Both the position numbers and the translations under genes were made by a program. A stretch of DNA of 64,000 nucleotides from an uncultured virus (IMG/VR IMGVR_UViG_3300049259_000219). Taxonomy: Duplodnaviria; Heunggongvirae; Uroviricota; Caudoviricetes. Below are positions 59,194 to 64,000 of this stretch, piece by piece. The stretch is from IMG/VR virus record IMGVR_UViG_3300049259_000219, one strand, 5' to 3'. The first letter of the stretch is position 1, and the number at the start of each line of letters is the position of its first letter. The notes below the pieces were generated by a model that was not told the DNA's origin, ran no database searches, and saw only the letters and a list, made by a program, of their open reading frames with translations.

Positions 59194-59702
59194 TGCCTTT
59201 GAACCCCGGCATCACTCCTCACCTTTTCCCACGCGAGCTTGATGTCGCGCAACCGAATGGCCGCAACCATTGGCAGGCACCCTTCGAAGCTAGCCACCAG
59301 GTCCCACTCCGCCTCTGTCATTGGTCGGCACGGCGGAGTATGCAGGCAGGGAAAGACGGTGAAGCCGCCGAAGACGGGAATCTTCTCCGCGCGCAGCACG
59401 GTATCGACCCGCGCCTCCGCGTCGCCCTCCACGGCGCGCAGCAGCCGGCATTGATGAATTGGTACCATAGTCAAGTTCCAGGTGCAGCAGAGGCTGGGCG
59501 AGCCGTGGCGCGCAGATAAAGGGGACAAGTGGAAACGACCCTCACAACAACCCCGTTGCTCCGAATAGAAGCCGTCCGCTCCCAGTGTGGACGGGAAGGA
59601 GTATGTTTTTTGCGCTTCATATATACTTCAGCGCCTTCAGGATGATGACGGCCAGGGCCGCGGAGAGGAGGACAACGTCGAGGTAGCGAGCGATTCGAGG
59701 GT

Positions 59703-59957
59703 TCATAATCCGTAGCAGACAAAGCAGGTCAGTTTAGTCACACATCCGCAGGAGGGGCACTTGACCTCGCGGCATCCACACCATTCGGGAAGGCCGAGCC
59801 AGTCGACAGTTCCACCACACTCGGGACAGAGAGCAGTAAGAGGAGGCCGCGGGGCCTGCGACATACCGACGAGCAGCCCACGAGCAAAGCCCCGCGCGAG
59901 AGCGGCGTTCTCCGCAGCTTTGCAAATCTCGATAATCTCAGCGGAGCCATCGGCCAT
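59703..59957 (-). CDS. small zinc-ribbon protein
   Basis: CPECGG...CPSCG; motif A just upstream. Confidence 0.55.
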   Translation of the reverse strand: MADGSAEIIEICKAAENAALARGFARGLLVGMSQAPRPPLTALCPECGGTVDWLGLPEWCGCREVKCPSCGCVTKLTCFVCYGL

Positions 59958-59960
59958 GTT

Positions 59961-60575
59961 TTACGGTACGCGTTCCGCGAATTTCGCGACCCACCCGGTT
60001 TGATGGCAGGCAGCGCACCCGCTGGCATTACACTGCTGACAGACGGTGTTCGTGATGAGGGACGCGTCACACATGACTTCTTCGCCGTCGTGATAATTGC
60101 GAGCAGCCGGGGTCGGATCTTTAATGAACACCGGCGACCGGCGCATGACCTTGGCAACCGCACGCTGAATCTTTGCCAGTCCTTTCTCCGGCGTGGCCGA
60201 GCTGACTTCGAGCGCAGGATCTTCTTCCGGCGTCCAAGGAGGCGGAGCCGCCTGCTCTTCCTCGTACTCGCGTGGCACACCGAGAATCTCAGGCAGCGGC
60301 GCCGCGCCCTCAGGCAGGATCCGGACGAGGACATGATGCTTCTTCATCCGCACCTTTCCCTGCGGCTGGCCCATCCTATCCAGCCAATCGGGCCGGTAAT
60401 GCGGACAGGTCTCCCAGTAGGTTTTCAGGGCCATCATCGCGCTGACCGCCGGCACGTCGCCGAGGTCCCATTCGGTGGCGACGTGTTGCACCTTCTTGAT
60501 GGCGAGCGTCGAGATGATGCGGCGCGTCTTCGCGGAGAGCCGGTACATCCTCATTCCTTCAGGTAGATCGCTCAT
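59961..60575 (-). CDS. hypothetical protein with C-terminal Cys cluster
   Basis: CQQCNASGCAACHQTG; stop lies in motif A. Confidence 0.6.
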   Translation of the reverse strand: MSDLPEGMRMYRLSAKTRRIISTLAIKKVQHVATEWDLGDVPAVSAMMALKTYWETCPHYRPDWLDRMGQPQGKVRMKKHHVLVRILPEGAAPLPEILGVPREYEEEQAAPPPWTPEEDPALEVSSATPEKGLAKIQRAVAKVMRRSPVFIKDPTPAARNYHDGEEVMCDASLITNTVCQQCNASGCAACHQTGWVAKFAERVP

Positions 60576-60577
60576 AA

Positions 60578-61069
60578 TCAGAAAGGGATATCGTCTTCCT
60601 CCGGCGCGTCGAGATCAGGATCGACGGGCTTGCGCGGAGGCGGCGCAGCAGCCGGCCGCGCCGAAGCTGGCCGCGAAGCTGGCCGCGCCGCCGACGCATC
60701 TTCCTCGCCGTCGCCCGACGGCTCGCCACCACCAGGGCGACCACCAAGGAATTGCATTGTCTCGCCAACCACCCGCATCTTCGACCGCTTCTGTCCGGTC
60801 GTCTTGTCGTCCCACGTGTCGAGCTTCAGCCGACCCTCGATGTAAACCGGGCGGCCCTTCGCCAGATACTCCTTGGCGATCTCGGCCTGGCGGCCCCAAA
60901 GCTCCACGTCGACGAAGGTCACCTCCTCGCGTTTTTCACCGCTCTCCGTGGTGTAACTACGATTCACCGCCAGGGCGAGATCGGCAATGGCCGTCCCCTT
61001 CGGAGTGTACTTGAGCTCGGGGTCGCGGGTGAGATTCCCCATGAGCATGACTTTATTGAGATTGGGCAT
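60578..61069 (-). CDS. ssb: single-stranded DNA-binding protein
   Basis: LNKVMLMGNLTRDPELKYTP...VYIEGRL...DDIPF. Confidence 0.97.
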   Translation of the reverse strand: MPNLNKVMLMGNLTRDPELKYTPKGTAIADLALAVNRSYTTESGEKREEVTFVDVELWGRQAEIAKEYLAKGRPVYIEGRLKLDTWDDKTTGQKRSKMRVVGETMQFLGGRPGGGEPSGDGEEDASAARPASRPASARPAAAPPPRKPVDPDLDAPEEDDIPF

Positions 61070-61378
61070 TGGAAAGCTGGCGGCGTTTGGCTGGTGTTCG
61101 GCGTTTCGGTCGAGGCTCGGGATCGATGGGCGCACCGCCTTTTACCCAGTCGGCATAGGCGGCCTCGTACGGCTGAAGCCGGACCAGGCTGTGAGGAAGG
61201 CGATGACCGAGAGCCCGCGTCTCCCCTTCGGAAATGGTGTCGAATTTACTGCTCTTCGGAAAATCGGTAGTGAACTCCCACTGCGACCGGCCGCGGGCAG
61301 ATAGCGTGAAAAGAACGAAGTGAGCAACAGTGGCTTTGGAAACGAAGACGAACGATTCACCTTCCACGAAATGAGGGG

Positions 61379-61408
61379 GAAAGCCGCGCCAGCCTCAGCT
61401 GACGCGGC
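61379..61408 (-). terminator. probable intrinsic terminator
   Basis: Minus strand GCCGCGTCAGC-TGAG-GCTGGCGCGGC-TTTT after the stop at 61435. Confidence 0.6.
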
Positions 61409-61434
61409 AGGTTAAAGGTTACGACGGTTACGAC

Positions 61435-62112
61435 TCAGTCCTCCTCGTTCGTCGCCATCGACTCCAGAGCGGCCTCGACCGCCATCAGCTCCTCCGTGGC
61501 CTGATGCCCGGTGAGACGCAGCAGCTCCGCGTTGTTGCGCTTAATCAGGTCGACCAGCGTCCGCAAGGGATTCTCCGGCACCGACACGAGGCGGCGGGAT
61601 TGAGGACGGCCGAATGTCTCGACCTCCCGCGCGGAGACATCGTCACCAAGCGGCCGCGGACGGAAGCTAAAGCCACCATCGAAGCTGACGATCGCGGTGA
61701 ACTCGGAATACGTGACAGCACGCCACTCTTCGCTACCGACCTCGCGCACCTGATACTCGCCCTCGTGAGTCCGGTACTCGTGCCGGAGAGCTTCCGCCCG
61801 CGCCTTCGCCTCTTCTTCCGTTGCTTCGCGGAAATCCTCCTGCGGCTCCCATCCGCTTGCGCCGAGATGGGGCTCCCATCCGCCCGAGTTCAAACTCCGG
61901 ACGACGGTCCGCACCCGCGGACAGCCAATCCCGGCGTTCTCCCATTCAAGCTCAGTACGCTGGCTTGCCAGTGGCTGACCCTCGGAAGGCTGGCCCTCGG
62001 CAGGACCCGTCTCCCCGGAAGGCGGTTTGCTTGTCTCCTCGGAAGGAGGGTGGCTTGTCCCCGTGGAAGGGGCTTGAGCGGACGGCGCCGCGGATCGTTG
62101 GTTTCTTGACAT
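61435..62112 (-). CDS. hypothetical protein
   Basis: 225-aa ORF. Confidence 0.6.
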   Translation of the reverse strand: MSRNQRSAAPSAQAPSTGTSHPPSEETSKPPSGETGPAEGQPSEGQPLASQRTELEWENAGIGCPRVRTVVRSLNSGGWEPHLGASGWEPQEDFREATEEEAKARAEALRHEYRTHEGEYQVREVGSEEWRAVTYSEFTAIVSFDGGFSFRPRPLGDDVSAREVETFGRPQSRRLVSVPENPLRTLVDLIKRNNAELLRLTGHQATEELMAVEAALESMATNEED

Positions 62113-62144
62113 AAGAGGAAGGCCGACTTGGCAAAAAGAGAAAG

Positions 62145-62630
62145 TTAGATTTTCGGAGCCTCCGCATCGTCCGACTCAGGGGTGCCAGTCGGCAGACCAG
62201 CGTCAGGCTTTGGGCAACCACCGGGATGAACATGGCAGTTGCCATCACCATCAGTATCGAGACTACACCCCGCCGCCGGCGCATCCTCAGCCGCCGCGAT
62301 CCGCCCCGTGGCCTTGCGGCGCGCGACCTTCGTCTCGACCGCATCGAGCTGAAGCGTGCCATCCAGGAGCAGGCGGTGCGTGACCAAAGGAAGCTCGCCC
62401 TTGTTCCGCTTCATCGCGGAGGCGAGTTGCTTATCATCACCATCCACATCGGTCGTGACGAAGCAGCCGAAGTTTTTGGAGGAATCGCGCCTGACGTAGA
62501 CCTCGATGATCTGAGCCGTATTCGGCAGGCGAATCAGGAGTGAACCGAAGCGTTCGAGGCGGACCTCGAGGTTGCCTTCGGGCGTGGCGGTGAAGGTGGC
62601 AAGTTCGGCAGGCGTAGGGACGAGGCTCAT
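62145..62630 (-). CDS. hypothetical protein
   Basis: 161-aa ORF with A-rich leader. Confidence 0.65.
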   Translation of the reverse strand: MSLVPTPAELATFTATPEGNLEVRLERFGSLLIRLPNTAQIIEVYVRRDSSKNFGCFVTTDVDGDDKQLASAMKRNKGELPLVTHRLLLDGTLQLDAVETKVARRKATGRIAAAEDAPAAGCSLDTDGDGNCHVHPGGCPKPDAGLPTGTPESDDAEAPKI

Positions 62631-62738
62631 TTCAGTGGTTTTTTTTGTGGTGTCTAACGAAAGGGATCACGTCTTGGGGACAGCAACGCCGATCGCAGAA
62701 GTCAGCGCCATCGTGGTTGAGCACTTGCCGCGACCGGG

Positions 62739-63122
62739 TCATACCGCCCCCTCCGCAACGCCGTGCTCCGATTTCGAGAAGCCACACATTGCACACTGGG
62801 GAAACCCGTCAGCCTCGACGCCCGCACCAATCCCGGCGGGGTCATATTCATCACAGGGCGTATCACCTTCGATTGGAGGCACGCGCTCGCCGTAGGTGGT
62901 TAGGCTTCCGGTAATCGGCTCTCCAGCCGCGTTAGCAGGCGCAGCCGCGACCGGAATACTGGCCTCATGAAGCCAGTCGCTCAACCGAGTGAACCCCAAG
63001 AGGTGCGCAACCTCACTCAATGGATGCGCGACGAGGTTATGAATGGACCACTTGAAATGCTCACGCGACTTCGCGCGAATCGATCGGCACAGACCCTTCA
63101 GTTGGCAGTTGGAGCAGTTCAT
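62739..63122 (-). CDS. hypothetical Cys/His-rich protein
   Basis: Motif A runs into ATG 63122; WSIHNLVAHPLSEV. Confidence 0.65.
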   Translation of the reverse strand: MNCSNCQLKGLCRSIRAKSREHFKWSIHNLVAHPLSEVAHLLGFTRLSDWLHEASIPVAAAPANAAGEPITGSLTTYGERVPPIEGDTPCDEYDPAGIGAGVEADGFPQCAMCGFSKSEHGVAEGAV

Positions 63123-63135
63123 TTTGCGGTACGCG

Positions 63136-63933
63136 TTACGGAAGCAGATGCGCGAACCGCTCATGCAGCTCCTTCAACTCCTTCAACTCAGACAGGGCGG
63201 CGTCTCGCTCGGCCTGCATTTCCGTGAAGACTTTGCCGCACTCAGAGACGCCCTTGTTGTAGCCGCGCTCCTCCTCGTGACGGAGGGCTTGTGCGTGCCT
63301 GGATTGCTCCCCTCGCAGGAAGTTTTCGACGGCGGTACTTTCGTGGAGGTAGGGAACGAGTTGCTGCTCCAGCTCCCGCACTCGGCGCAGCAGGCCAAGC
63401 TCAGAATCCTCCACCTTCATAGCGCATCCGGGCTCGTGTCTACCCGAAGAGCCGAAGTGCAGGCGGGCGCACTCCTTGTGCGTGAAGACTTCGCCGCAAT
63501 GGAAACAGCGCCATTGAGTAGCCGCCGCCTCCGCGCGAGCGACGAGCCACTTCACGACATCCTCAAGGCCGTCCGCGCCTTCGTATTCGCCGGCGACTGA
63601 GGATTTCGAAAGCACCGCCTCGGCAGCCACCCAGTCCTTGACGAGGTCAAGAAGATCGCTCGCGTCCTCGCCACCCGATTGATAATTCGCCATCAGCGCC
63701 AGGCACTGCTTCACGGTCTCAGCCGGCCCCTCGGCTTCGGGATCGCGATCAGTCTCGGCTTCGGGATCGCGATCACGCTCTCCTCGAAGTTCGGCGCGGA
63801 CTCTCTCAACTGCTTGGAACCATTTCGAGTGGTCAAGGCATCGGTGATCCATATCTTGCGCCAGACGGTCACACTCCGGGCCGACGACCGAAGTCAGCAG
63901 CCCGCGTAACATTGATTCAGAGAGAGGTTTCAT
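63136..63933 (-). CDS. hypothetical protein with C2H2-like motif and coiled coil
   Basis: WRCFHCGEVF.....ARLHFG; motif A just upstream. Confidence 0.7.
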   Translation of the reverse strand: MKPLSESMLRGLLTSVVGPECDRLAQDMDHRCLDHSKWFQAVERVRAELRGERDRDPEAETDRDPEAEGPAETVKQCLALMANYQSGGEDASDLLDLVKDWVAAEAVLSKSSVAGEYEGADGLEDVVKWLVARAEAAATQWRCFHCGEVFTHKECARLHFGSSGRHEPGCAMKVEDSELGLLRRVRELEQQLVPYLHESTAVENFLRGEQSRHAQALRHEEERGYNKGVSECGKVFTEMQAERDAALSELKELKELHERFAHLLP

Positions 63934-64000
63934 ATTGCGGTACGCGTTCCGTAAAATCAGTAGTCCGCCAGCTTGGCCGAACGAACGGGTGGTTTTGGCG

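Larger units (their letters stand above)
613..63956. repeat. dispersed ~20-bp pseudo-palindrome (motif A), consensus CG-NN-ACGCGT-AM-CGYRAA, 30 copies
   Basis: Copies start at about 613, 916, 1711, 2041, 2078, 2951, 4111, 4197, 4283, 5768, 6545, 7905, 8761, 9974, 13605, 14195, 19090, 22041, 25625, 29660, 32445, 37800, 39810, 43756, 48073, 49994, 56513, 59959, 63123, 63935 (read by eye). Confidence 0.95.

Noticed and set aside
613..63956. Motif A as a CRISPR array or integron attC sites
   Set aside because: Spacing is irregular (tens of bp to several kb), there are no cas genes, no RYYYAAC/GTTRRRY boxes and no integron integrase
1..64000. Alternative genetic code or stop-codon reassignment
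   Set aside because: Long conserved genes are intact under the standard code and all three stop codons end genes

Overview
GC-rich tailed phage (or phage-plasmid) DNA with two convergent arms; no host housekeeping operon is visible. The + arm (1-30366) carries many small early or accessory genes, several of plasmid type. These include a minimal ATP-dependent ligase-like protein, a RadC/JAB protein, an AAA+ ATPase, a five-gene PRTRC ubiquitin-like conjugation operon (E-C-F-B-ThiF), a 1381-aa methyltransferase-SNF2 helicase fusion, a second DNA MTase, a PAPS-reductase-like protein, a ParB-like protein, a serine recombinase and an ASCH protein. The - arm (30363-64000) carries SSB, terminase, putative portal, tail fibre, a response-regulator receiver, the lysis cassette, head genes, tail genes with a -1 frameshift chaperone, and a tape measure protein. 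The strongest unexplained signal is a ~20-bp pseudo-palindrome, ideal form TTTGCGGTACGCGTACCGCAAA. I counted 30 copies by eye, mostly at gene junctions and often running straight into an ATG. A second AT-rich palindrome, AAAGTWACTTT, has about 12 copies. There is also a candidate ~165-nt structured RNA with a tRNA-like T-arm. All protein calls come from motif recognition by eye; no database search was run.
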